Positions 48,342 through 57,640 of a DNA stretch of 64,000 nt are shown here, in pieces. Each line of letters opens with the position of its first letter. The stretch's first letter is position 1. Source of the DNA: Chthoniobacteraceae bacterium (GTDB lineage: Bacteria; Verrucomicrobiota; Verrucomicrobiia; Chthoniobacterales; Chthoniobacteraceae); contig JBBCKI010000019.1 in NCBI GenBank assembly GCA_037190965.1, positions 51,537 to 115,536 on the forward strand. The letters are read 5' to 3'. The notes under the pieces are model-generated. The model ran no database searches. It was not told the DNA's origin and saw only the letters and a program-made list of their open reading frames with translations. A program made the position numbers and the translations under genes.

Positions 48342-48495
48342 CCTCGTTCCCAAACTCTGTTTGGGAACGCCCATGTCTTCGAAACTCCAGTTTCGCAACC
48401 TTCTTCGTTCCGGGACCCTGCACGAGATGACAAGGCTTTCGAACCAGAGATCGGGGACAATGGCATTACCAATCTGGAGATTGGTAACGAGAGAA
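48342..48495 (+). repeat. REP/REPIN-like palindromic element, family A, copy 2
   Basis: CTCGTTCCCAAACTCTGTTTGGGAACG, CGAAACTCCAGTTTCG, CCAATCTGGAGATTGG; matches revcomp of 15412-15564. Confidence 0.85.
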
Positions 48496-48532
48496 TGAGG
48501 GGATTCATTCTTTAAATATTCACTAACGCACA

Positions 48533-49273
48533 TTGAAGACACTGCTATCAATCATTGGAGTTGAGCTCAGTGCCGTTTCTTATCGGGAGAAGATTCTCTC
48601 CGCGCTGGGTGGCTTGATCGCCATTGTGTCGCTGATATGGGTGACGCGCCAGGCTCTTGGGCTGCAAGGCGCCATGTGCCTGATCGCGTCCATGGGAGCC
48701 AGCGGTGTGCTGCTGTTTGCGGTGCCGCACGGGCAGTTGTCGCAGCCATGGCCGGTGATCGCTGGAAATGTGTTTTCGGCTTTTGTCGGAGTGTTGTGCT
48801 ATCGCTGCATACCGTACGAAGGACTGGCGGCGGGTGCGGCGCTTGGCATCTCAATCCTGTTGATGCATCAGTTGAAGTGCATCCACCCGCCCGGTGGAGC
48901 GACCGCTTTGACGGCGGTATTGGGGGGAGATGCCGTTCATGCGCTTGGCTTCAAGTTCGTGGTGTTTCCCGTGCTGATCAATGTTCTGATTATGGTGGGG
49001 GTCGCCATTTTGTTTAATTGGGGTTTTAAGTGGAGGCGTTATCCGGCGGCGTTGGGGAGGAAAAATCTTTCATTGAAGCCGCATCCTCTGGGGCTTGAAA
49101 CGTCCCATGAGGACATCGTCAAAGCATTGAGGAATCTGGATTCCTTCGTGGACATTACCGAGGAAGAATTGCTTCAGCTATCGCGCATGATCGCCCGTGA
49201 AAGGGAGGCCCGTTTGCTCAAAACCGCCCGGCAGCGTGTTCGAAGCGCAGAGCCGGAAGCCGCCGCCTCTTGA
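48533..49273 (+). CDS. HPP family membrane protein
   Basis: ASMGAS.VLLF.VP...LSQP, CIHPPGGATAL, RRYP; start codon uncertain. Confidence 0.9.
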   Translation: MKTLLSIIGVELSAVSYREKILSALGGLIAIVSLIWVTRQALGLQGAMCLIASMGASGVLLFAVPHGQLSQPWPVIAGNVFSAFVGVLCYRCIPYEGLAAGAALGISILLMHQLKCIHPPGGATALTAVLGGDAVHALGFKFVVFPVLINVLIMVGVAILFNWGFKWRRYPAALGRKNLSLKPHPLGLETSHEDIVKALRNLDSFVDITEEELLQLSRMIAREREARLLKTARQRVRSAEPEAAAS

Positions 49274-49334
49274 GTTCCGCTCGCTTTTCGGGAGCCATCC
49301 CCCCGATTTGCCGTCGGCATTCGTTTTAGGGGAT

Positions 49335-50381
49335 GTGCAAACGTCAAAATCTTCCCGAGTCGTCAATGGCACGAACTCACTCACTTCGGAAATTTCCCGT
49401 AGGGAGTTTGTCCGGATGGCCCTGGCCGCAGGATTGTTCTTTGGAATCGGCGAAGGAGCGAGTCTGGCTGTCGAAAGCAAGGATGGCATTCCGTATCGAA
49501 AGCTGGGCAAGACCGGGGAGAAGGTTTCAGCCGTAGGCGTGGGCGGTTGGCATATCGGGGTTCCGAGCGAAAAGGAAAGCATCCGGATCATTCGCACGGC
49601 GCTCGATCGCGGAATTAATTTCCTGGATAACTGCTGGGACTATCACGACGGTGCTTCCGAGGTTTGGATGGGGAAGGCATTGCGCGACGGGTATCGCGCG
49701 AAGGCGTTTCTGATGACGAAGTTTGACGGCCGGAGCAAAGCGGCCGCCGCCCGGCAGATCGACGAATCGCTGCGGCGTCTGCAGACCGATTCCGTCGATC
49801 TCATGCAGATTCATGAAGTGATCCGCATGAGCGATATCGAGCGTGTTTTTGCGCCGGGAGGGGCGATGGAGGCCGTGACCGAGGCACGGAAGGCCGGGAA
49901 GTTCCGTTACCTTGGTTTCACGGGCCACAAAAGCCCCGAGATCCATCTCAAGATGTTGGAAGCGGCTCGTCAGCACGATGTCCGGTTCGACGCCGTTCAA
50001 ATGCCGCTCAACGTCATGGACGCGCACTTCAACAGTTTCCAGCGGCTGGTGCTTCCCGTTCTTCTAAAGGAGGAGATCGGCGTTCTCGGGATGAAGCCGA
50101 TGGGCGGGGGCGAGATTCTCACCAGCAAGACGGTCTCTCCCGAGGAGTGCCTGAACTATGCATTGAATCTGCCGACGAGCGTCGTCATCACCGGGTGTGA
50201 TTCCATGAAGATCCTGGAGCAGGCGATAAACACCGTTCAAAAGTTCCGCCCCATGAGCGAAAAGGAAGTCGCTGCATTGCTCGCGAAGACCGCCAAAGTC
50301 GCCAAGGCTGGAAAGTTCGAGCTTTACAAGACAAGCGCTGAATACGACTCCACAACGGAAAATCCGCATTTTCTCGGTTGA
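49335..50381 (+). CDS. Aldo/keto reductase with Tat-like signal
   Basis: SRREFV, YRKLGKTG, GINFLD...Y..G.SE, SLRRL.TD.VDL.QIH, GFTGH, MK; start uncertain. Confidence 0.88.
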   Translation: MQTSKSSRVVNGTNSLTSEISRREFVRMALAAGLFFGIGEGASLAVESKDGIPYRKLGKTGEKVSAVGVGGWHIGVPSEKESIRIIRTALDRGINFLDNCWDYHDGASEVWMGKALRDGYRAKAFLMTKFDGRSKAAAARQIDESLRRLQTDSVDLMQIHEVIRMSDIERVFAPGGAMEAVTEARKAGKFRYLGFTGHKSPEIHLKMLEAARQHDVRFDAVQMPLNVMDAHFNSFQRLVLPVLLKEEIGVLGMKPMGGGEILTSKTVSPEECLNYALNLPTSVVITGCDSMKILEQAINTVQKFRPMSEKEVAALLAKTAKVAKAGKFELYKTSAEYDSTTENPHFLG

Positions 50382-50508
50382 ACCCGAACTTTGGCGTTGA
50401 GCGCGGCGGTGGATTCTTCGCTCTTTCAGTGGAATCCGACCGCAAGCAGGTATTCCTTCATACCATAGTTCCTCCTTGCCGCACTGTAGTAGTGTGGCGG
50501 CAGTCTCA

Positions 50509-51003
50509 CTAAGAGAGATCTTGTCGCTCCCTGTGTACTGATCTGGCGAAAAAGAGCCGATCCAGTGACCAAGCTCCTCCTCCGACGATGATAAGAAATA
50601 GGCTGCCTAAAAACATGCAAAAGTCAGTGCGTGCTTCGTGTGCCATTGCCCAAAATCCGTAGCTCGTCATTTTCGGAAGGCTGAATCCTGCAAATCCATG
50701 CCCGAGCAAAATTGGAATCTTCGTTGAAATGATCGCCACCGAAATATCTACCAAAAGGAGCGCCGCAGCAATTCGGGTGAGTAATCCGAGGATTACGGCC
50801 GCACCGCAGACGATTTCAACAACTCCAACGAAAGGCGCCATCACTTCCGGTGCGGGAATTCCAATCTTGGCGAAACGTCCTACCCCGAGTTCAGCGGGGA
50901 ACAAGAACTTTTGAATTCCCTCGGAGAGAAAAACGGCTCCCACGAGCAGACGAACGAGAATGGTAGCCGGGTGCGCCGCGGTATGACATAGCTTCATTCT
51001 CAT
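50509..51003 (-). CDS. DoxX family membrane protein
   Basis: RLLVGAVFLSEGIQKF, VEI..G...LGL.TR, HEARTD, GGG.WSLD; ATGA-coupled to the upstream gene. Confidence 0.9.
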   Translation of the reverse strand: MRMKLCHTAAHPATILVRLLVGAVFLSEGIQKFLFPAELGVGRFAKIGIPAPEVMAPFVGVVEIVCGAAVILGLLTRIAAALLLVDISVAIISTKIPILLGHGFAGFSLPKMTSYGFWAMAHEARTDFCMFLGSLFLIIVGGGAWSLDRLFFARSVHRERQDLS

Positions 51004-51722
51004 ATTTTCGGTGTAAACCGTGAGAGGTCGTAGATCCCGAGCGTTTTTTCGATTTCTGCAACTTTATTGACCATGACTTCGAATCCATCCGCTCCGAACA
51101 GCTCGTGTTCCTTCTTTTCGAACTCCTCCCCCAGGGAATCATATTCGTTTCTGCTCACGATTTTACGAAATGCAGGAAAGAGCACCGTATCTTCCCGGGC
51201 TTCGTGCGGACTATACATGCGGATAAATTGATGCATGGACTGGACCAGTTTTCGCCGGCTTCCCGCATCCTTGAGCGCCTGAAGGTTCGCGAGGCTCATC
51301 GTAATATCCGTAACACTTCGCCCCGCCTGGTGTTGTTCGCGCAGAATAGTCACAAGATCGACCAGCACCCCTTTCTTTTCGAACCGTGGAAATAAAAAGT
51401 TCTCCTCCAGCTTCTCGTGGTAGTCTTCAATAAAGTCCCGGATGATTCTGGAAGACTTCGCGATGGCCTCTGGCGGCAATTCCTCATTAGCTTCGATGCG
51501 CCGGATCACTTCCCCGTAAATTAAAAGAATCCGTTTGAGGACACCGTGCTCCCGCATGAGATCTTCCGCCGGGGATACTTCTTCCGCCGTTTCTTCCTCC
51601 TTTTCAGCGGCAAAAATCGACCCCGTTGCGCCAAAAGTTGAAATCGCGGCAACAAGCAGGCCGTTTTTGCGAATGAAATCCCGACGTGATGAATGCGTGA
51701 TGATGTTCATAAAAACCGCCAT
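51000..51722 (-). CDS. Hemerythrin-like (HHE) protein with Tat signal
   Basis: SRRDFI, EH, HEKLEE..LFP, QH, HEARED.VLFP. Confidence 0.88.
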   Translation of the reverse strand: MAVFMNIITHSSRRDFIRKNGLLVAAISTFGATGSIFAAEKEEETAEEVSPAEDLMREHGVLKRILLIYGEVIRRIEANEELPPEAIAKSSRIIRDFIEDYHEKLEENFLFPRFEKKGVLVDLVTILREQHQAGRSVTDITMSLANLQALKDAGSRRKLVQSMHQFIRMYSPHEAREDTVLFPAFRKIVSRNEYDSLGEEFEKKEHELFGADGFEVMVNKVAEIEKTLGIYDLSRFTPKI

Positions 51723-51733
51723 TCCTGGAGTTA

Positions 51734-51751
51734 TTTACGAAAATCGTTATT
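51734..51751. promoter_or_regulatory. Putative PadR operator 1
   Basis: TTTACGAAAATCGTTATT; 17/18 match to revcomp of 52379-52396. Confidence 0.65.
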
Positions 51752-51956
51752 GGATTTGATGGCGGCTGTAGAAATTGACGAGACCATGATCAGTGCCCGA
51801 GGATCAAGATCGCGATACACCGGCCGAGAGCTCCAAAAGATTTTGCAGGGCAGTCGAATTTCGACTATGGTCGTCGGATATCGTTCGTGAAATTGGGTAA
51901 TGTTTTCTCCGGTGGCGCACCCCAGAAACACTGTGATTAAGGAACGTCTTTCGTGC

Positions 51957-52277
51957 ATGGATTCTTTTGATAAACCTTTGCAACGCCTTCTTGGTGGGTT
52001 CATCCGGATGCATGTTCTCCATCATGCAGCGGTGGGAGGAGTTTATGGAAACTGGATGATCGAAGAATTGCGCCATCATGGTTACAAGATCAGCCCAGGC
52101 ACCCTCTATCCGATGCTGCGCGCCATGGAGAAGGATGGCTGGATCGCGGGAAAGGACGCGGCAGACGGAACCCGCAGGCGCCTTTACAAGATCACTCCAG
52201 CCGGTCGCAGGGCTTTGAAGGAAGCTCGTGCAAAGCTCCGTGAGCTTTTTAGCGAGGTGGCGAAGAGTTCGAAATAG
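51957..52277 (+). CDS. PadR family transcriptional regulator
   Basis: HVLHHA, YG..MIEEL, SPGTLYP.L..ME..G, RR.Y.IT..G. Confidence 0.93.
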   Translation: MDSFDKPLQRLLGGFIRMHVLHHAAVGGVYGNWMIEELRHHGYKISPGTLYPMLRAMEKDGWIAGKDAADGTRRRLYKITPAGRRALKEARAKLRELFSEVAKSSK

Positions 52278-52378
52278 TCCGATCCATAAAATCTTCAGTT
52301 TCGGGGTAGGTCCGGGAAAATCGGAAGGTTCGAATCAGGAGCAAAAGTTTCCATTTGACAATGTTCTCCCCACGGATC

Positions 52379-52396
52379 AATTACGATTTTCGTAAA
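52379..52396. promoter_or_regulatory. Putative PadR operator 2, downstream of TTGACA (52355-52360)
   Basis: AATTACGATTTTCGTAAA imperfect palindrome upstream of chrA. Confidence 0.65.
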
Positions 52397-52454
52397 CAGA
52401 ATTCCGCAATCCAAATGACGCACTCTTTCGGTGGGAAAACCGGGGAGGGAAAAG

Positions 52455-53705
52455 ATGTCCGAAATCTCACTTCATCCTACGCCAGCGAAGTCTACGCCCG
52501 ACCGTAGACTTCAGAATCCGCTCGCGGGCCGGCTTCTTGAAATCATGGCGGCATTTTTCTGCCTAGGGTGTATTTCATTCGGCGGGCCCGTGGCGCATCT
52601 GGGTTATATGCGCGAGGAATTTGTCAGCAAACGTCGTTGGCTCGACGACTCGGACTATGGCGATTTGGTTGCGCTCTGCCAGTTTCTTCCAGGCCCGGCG
52701 AGTAGCCAGGTTGCCTTCGCTTTGGGAATGCACCGGGCAGGGTGGCTGGGTGCCCTCCTGGCGTCCCTTTGTTTCACGTTGCCCGCCGCTGTTGTGATGA
52801 TCTTATTTGGCTACGGCGTCTCGGCGCTTGGCAACCTGCAACACGCAGGCTGGTTGCACGGCTTGAAGTTGGCGGCGGTGTCGGTCGTGGCACAAGCCGT
52901 GTGGGGGATGGGGCGCAATCTTTGCCCGGATCGAACCCGATTGACCATTGCCATTGTGGCGGCAGCATTGCTTCTTTTTGTTCCGAATGCCTTGGTTCAA
53001 ATTGGGATCATTGTTGGCGGAGGCGTGATCGGCTGGTGGCTTTATCGGAAGGAAATCTCCCTCGCCCAAAATGCGGAACGCGCAGACTGGAAACATCACC
53101 TTATCGCTGGCGCCATTCTCTGCGTGTTTTTGCTGCTGTTGATTTTCCTGCCCGTGTTCGTGTCCGCCACGGGAAGCAAAGCCCTCCTCGTCTTCGATAA
53201 TTTTTATCGTGCTGGATCACTAGTCTTCGGCGGTGGTCATGTTGTCCTGCCTTTATTGCACGCCGGGGTTGTTCCAAACGGCTGGGTCGATGATAACGCT
53301 TTTTTGGCCGGCTATGGAATGGCTCAAGCGGTGCCCGGGCCGCTGTTTACCTTCGCTGCTTACCTGGGAACGGTGATTCATTCCGGTTCGCATCCGTGGC
53401 TGGGAGGTTTGTGGTGTTTGCTCGCGATTTTTCTTCCGGCATGGCTCCTGATCGCCGGCGCGCTTCCGTTCTGGCGTCAACTACGGGTCAAGATTTGGGC
53501 ACAGGCCGCCTTGCGTGGAGCGAATGCTGCGGTGGTCGGCATCCTCCTGGCGGCGCTCTACAATCCGGTTTGGGTGACCGGTGTGCATCATGGGCGTGAC
53601 GTGGCTGCCGTAGCCGCCGCCTTCGGATTGTTACAGTGGTGGAAAACACCACCATGGCTTGTCGTTTTGCTGATGGCCGCCATGGGTCAATGGATTTTGA
53701 GGTGA
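52455..53705 (+). CDS. chrA: Chromate ion transporter (CHR), long bidomain
   Basis: SFGGP.AH, CQFLPGPASSQ, FGGGHVVLPLL, AQAVPGP. Confidence 0.95.
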   Translation: MSEISLHPTPAKSTPDRRLQNPLAGRLLEIMAAFFCLGCISFGGPVAHLGYMREEFVSKRRWLDDSDYGDLVALCQFLPGPASSQVAFALGMHRAGWLGALLASLCFTLPAAVVMILFGYGVSALGNLQHAGWLHGLKLAAVSVVAQAVWGMGRNLCPDRTRLTIAIVAAALLLFVPNALVQIGIIVGGGVIGWWLYRKEISLAQNAERADWKHHLIAGAILCVFLLLLIFLPVFVSATGSKALLVFDNFYRAGSLVFGGGHVVLPLLHAGVVPNGWVDDNAFLAGYGMAQAVPGPLFTFAAYLGTVIHSGSHPWLGGLWCLLAIFLPAWLLIAGALPFWRQLRVKIWAQAALRGANAAVVGILLAALYNPVWVTGVHHGRDVAAVAAAFGLLQWWKTPPWLVVLLMAAMGQWILR

Positions 53706-53841
53706 CCCCATGACTTTCAAGGGAAAAGGGGCTCAACTTCATTCGGCCACGTCGCCAGGCGATGTAGGCTGGTTTCAGAGATGGCCGGGCATCCGCATGC
53801 TCAACGGCCTGGCGGACAAGCTGGCGTGATGGTCAAACGCT

Positions 53842-56334
53842 ATGGATCACTTTTGGACACAGCCGGCAGGGGGCGTCTTAAAGTCATTCGGCACTGATGC
53901 GGGACATGGACTGACTTCCTCGAAGGCAAGAGAGAATCGGATAAGGTATGGGGCGAATGAGATCGAAGCAATCCGCCCGGCCGGCGCCTTCGATCTCATC
54001 CTCGAAGGCGTGCGCGAGCCGATGATGATAGTCCTGCTCGCGATTGGCGGATTCTCACTTCTTTTTGGCAAGACCGCAGAAGCGGTTGTCATGATATTCG
54101 TGGTTGCAGCGTATATCGCTGTCGAATTTGTGAACAAATACCGCACGGACCGGACGATGACGCATTTGCGGAAGCTGACGTCGCCGACCGCGAGGGTCAT
54201 CCGTGATGGAGAGCCCCGGTACGTGGCGGCGCGCGATGTCGTCTGCGGCGATATTCTGATTCTGACCGAGGGGCTCCATATCCCGGCTGACGCTCGTCTG
54301 ATTGAGTCATTCGGCTTGTCTCTCGGTGAGGCCTCACTAACGGGAGAGTCGCTTCCGGTCGAGAAAATGGCGGATGCCGTTCTCGATGCCAACACGCCGC
54401 TTGCTGAACGTTGCACGATGATTTTCGCGGGCACCACCGTCTTCAATGGAGAAGGAAAGGCCATAGTCACCGCCGTCGGGGCCGAAAGCGAATTGGGAAA
54501 GATCGCTGGCGGGATTACCCGGGTAGGCAAGGAGAGAACCGTTTTGCAGGAAGCGATGACGCGATTGGCCAAGATCTTGGCCCTTTTCGCAGTTGGCGTG
54601 AGCATCGTCATTCCGGCCATTGGTTTCTTGCGAGGGCTTGGCTTGCAGGAAATGATTGTCACTTGGTTGGCCTTGACGTTTCTGATGATTCCCGGCCAGC
54701 CTCCGATCATCATTACGATGGCCCTGGCGTTGGCGTCGTTCAAGTTAGCGAGCATCAAACTCGTGGTGAAACGGCTTCGTGGCGTTGAGTCCCTTTCACA
54801 GGTTACTGCCATTGTGACAGACAAGACCGGGACAATCACTGAAAACACCATGCGTGCCGAGCGTTTTATTCTGCCGACTGGCGAAGCCATTCCGCCCGAC
54901 GCATTGGGTGTTGAATTAAAGCGGTCAATTCTTCATGCCTTGCCGCATTTCAGCAATGACCCCACGGATGAGGCGGTTCGTTTTGCGGTCGGAGATTTTC
55001 TGGAAATTGAGAGACCGGTCGCCTTTGGCGGTTTTTCCGAAGATCAGCCATGGCGAATGATTGAGTATGAAGTCGAGGGTAAACGAATTCACTATATTGC
55101 CGGCAGGACGGAAAGCGTGCTGGAGAATGCGGGAATGGACGGAAGCCGCATTCTGGCTGAAGTGATCCAAGAGGCCACGATAAATGGAAAGCGCGTCGTT
55201 GCTTATGGCCGAACCGACGGTCCCGGAGGCGGCAGGCGCGTGTCACTGTTGGCGCTCGCCGTCCTCAGCGATCCGGTCCGCGCGGGAGTGGCTGCGACGC
55301 TCGGGGCGCTTCGCGGTGCGTCGGTGAAGACATTCATTGTGACGGGCGATCATCCGGCAACGGCGCAGGCCATTGCCCGGGAGCTGGGGATGGCGACACG
55401 GGTGGTCACCGGGGCCGAATTGGATACGCTCGATGACGCCAAACTCGAAAGAGTATTTGCGGAAGCCAGTATCTTCGCGAGAATTTCTCCGTCGCAAAAA
55501 TTGCGACTCGTTGAGGCGCTTAAACGCAATAGCGAAACCGTGGCGGTTATTGGCGACGGCGTCAACGACGCTCCGGCGCTCAAAGCTGCAAATGTCGGCA
55601 TTGCGATGGGAGAGATCGGTACGGATCTGGCGAAGGAAGCGTCCGACCTCGTTCTCACCGATGACAATTATGTCCATATTGTGGAAGCAATTGGCATTTC
55701 CCGCTCCGCGCTCGATAACTTTCGCAAGGGATTGACTTATTACTTAACGGCAAAGGGAATTCTTTTATCGATTTTCCTCGTTCCGTTGGCGCTCGGAATT
55801 CCGTTCCCCTTCGCGCCGATACACATCATCTTGACGGAACTCCTGATGGACTTGGCGTCATCCACGATTTTTGTCACAGAGGCTCCCGAGCCTGATGTGC
55901 TCAGGCGGGGCGTACGCAAGCTCAATGAATTTTTGGGCAGAAAGCTTGTTTTCAGGATCATCACTGACGGGGTGTGGCTCGCAATGGGCATTACGGCCTT
56001 GTACCTGTTTGTGTATTACAGAACCGGAGACACGACTTTAGCTCAAACGACTGCCTTCGTAACCTGGCTGCTAGGCCATATCTTGCTCGCATTGAACCTA
56101 AAGCAGGAGAAACTACCATTGACGGAGCAGGGGTTCTTTTCGAATCGCTTCGGAGCAGGGTGGCTGTTGGGGATGGTTGCGTTATCGCTGGTGATTACCG
56201 AGGTTTCTTTTCTGCATTCTTACCTGAAGACTTCAGCTCTCTCAGTCCCATTGTGGATCGCGATCGTCGCGGTCGTTATCGTATCCACATTCTGGATCGA
56301 AGTGAGAAAGCATGTAATGAAGAGACGCGCATGA
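53842..56334 (+). CDS. P-type ATPase (P2-like architecture), substrate unclear
   Basis: LTGES, DKTGT, TGD, GDGVNDAPAL; TM4 reads IPGQPP. Confidence 0.93.
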   Translation: MDHFWTQPAGGVLKSFGTDAGHGLTSSKARENRIRYGANEIEAIRPAGAFDLILEGVREPMMIVLLAIGGFSLLFGKTAEAVVMIFVVAAYIAVEFVNKYRTDRTMTHLRKLTSPTARVIRDGEPRYVAARDVVCGDILILTEGLHIPADARLIESFGLSLGEASLTGESLPVEKMADAVLDANTPLAERCTMIFAGTTVFNGEGKAIVTAVGAESELGKIAGGITRVGKERTVLQEAMTRLAKILALFAVGVSIVIPAIGFLRGLGLQEMIVTWLALTFLMIPGQPPIIITMALALASFKLASIKLVVKRLRGVESLSQVTAIVTDKTGTITENTMRAERFILPTGEAIPPDALGVELKRSILHALPHFSNDPTDEAVRFAVGDFLEIERPVAFGGFSEDQPWRMIEYEVEGKRIHYIAGRTESVLENAGMDGSRILAEVIQEATINGKRVVAYGRTDGPGGGRRVSLLALAVLSDPVRAGVAATLGALRGASVKTFIVTGDHPATAQAIARELGMATRVVTGAELDTLDDAKLERVFAEASIFARISPSQKLRLVEALKRNSETVAVIGDGVNDAPALKAANVGIAMGEIGTDLAKEASDLVLTDDNYVHIVEAIGISRSALDNFRKGLTYYLTAKGILLSIFLVPLALGIPFPFAPIHIILTELLMDLASSTIFVTEAPEPDVLRRGVRKLNEFLGRKLVFRIITDGVWLAMGITALYLFVYYRTGDTTLAQTTAFVTWLLGHILLALNLKQEKLPLTEQGFFSNRFGAGWLLGMVALSLVITEVSFLHSYLKTSALSVPLWIAIVAVVIVSTFWIEVRKHVMKRRA

Positions 56335-56403
56335 TGATCAAAACTCGCGCCGCAGGAGGTCGCCGATCGGCGCGGAGCATGGAGCCATTATTTGAGGTCT
56401 CCT

Positions 56404-56997
56404 TCAGCGTTTGGGCGATGGCTTCTTTGCGGGACGGCGCGCAAGATCAGCCGGATAAGTGATTTTGGGCCCGCGAACCTTCGCAAAAGGCGTGAGTGAA
56501 TGAACCTGCCGATGAGTTGGACTCATGATGTCCTCTGTCTGAATTCCATGAACCAGCAGGGCATCGGCGATGAGAGAACGATGGCAGCGCCATGGCACCG
56601 CTTCGGCGCACATCAGTGCGAGCCGGTCCTGGTTCGCCAATTGGATCAACTCTTTGAGGCTCTTTTCAAATTCAGGCGTCTGCATGTAATCCGCGTAGCC
56701 TCGAAAGGAGGCATTTCGCCAACCCATGTTGAGGGAATCAGCCTTGGCATGGCGCAGCCCACCCAGGCCTGGCAGATGAATGTATCCCACGCCAACTCTC
56801 TCCAATGCCTGCGGCAATGACGTCTTGTTGAACTGTGGATTGTGCCGAGAGCGCGGTATCGTTCGCACATCCACGACACGAGATACAGCGTGTGCCTGGA
56901 GGAGATGAATAAATTCATCTAGCGTGCGAGTGGAATGGCCAATCGTTAGCACGATAGGAGGAGATTTCAGAACACCAGTCTTCGTGCTTGCATTCAT
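56404..56997 (-). CDS. DUF488 family protein
   Basis: TIGHS, DVR..P.SR, LGG.R, MCAE...RCHR.LIAD. Confidence 0.92.
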   Translation of the reverse strand: MNASTKTGVLKSPPIVLTIGHSTRTLDEFIHLLQAHAVSRVVDVRTIPRSRHNPQFNKTSLPQALERVGVGYIHLPGLGGLRHAKADSLNMGWRNASFRGYADYMQTPEFEKSLKELIQLANQDRLALMCAEAVPWRCHRSLIADALLVHGIQTEDIMSPTHRQVHSLTPFAKVRGPKITYPADLARRPAKKPSPKR

Positions 56998-57640
56998 AAC
57001 GGCAACCTCTGCGGTGATAGGCCGTTGCCTGCGATGTGCCTCGGCCGCGACGCTGGTCCCGCGATGGTTCGGACCGCACCAACGGTTTGGTCGCTCCCGG
57101 CTGAACCACGCGAGGAACGAGGCAAAGAGCCGCGTCGCATCAGGAGATTTCCGGCAGCGCGCTCAGGCAGCCTTCTGAACCGTAGCAACCAAGGCGACTG
57201 CGATTCCCCCTGTAGGTGCGTCAGAGAGATTCTCGTCGCAGGGAAATCCGAATATTTCGAACAATCTGAGCAAGCTCGAACGACGAAGCATCTGGCGCTA
57301 GCAAACGTCGCAGGGATCGGGGAAAATTATGGCATCTTCACAGAAACAGAAAAAGGCGGGTGTTAAACCGGAGCCACACACCGAGAAGTCCACCATGACC
57401 GAGCCGCAAGAGGAATTCATCGAACAGAAGGGCCGACCGTCAAGACCTATGAGCCCTTCCCGATCGCGCCCGGAGCCCAAGGATAAAGAAAGACCGAGAA
57501 AGCAGGCATAAGAATAATCGGACAATCTGCCCCGTTCACGGCGGAAACGCGCCAGCTTCATTGAACCTGGTGAGGACTCCTGCCCATTGGGGTGCCTGAG
57601 ACTACCGTGCTTCCAAGGAAATTGTCCGGGGGACTTATCG

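Noticed and set aside
15412..48495. CRISPR interpretation of the palindromic repeats
   Set aside because: Repeats are dispersed, with no regular repeat-spacer array and no cas genes
53706..53841. yybP-ykoY (Mn) or fluoride riboswitch before the P-type ATPase or chrA
   Set aside because: An inverted pair (GTCGCCAGGC/GCCTGGCGGAC) exists, but the conserved riboswitch motifs are absent
56998..57640. Short ORFs such as 57329-57511 and 56994-57188
   Set aside because: Low complexity, no recognisable family; possibly remnants but unsupported
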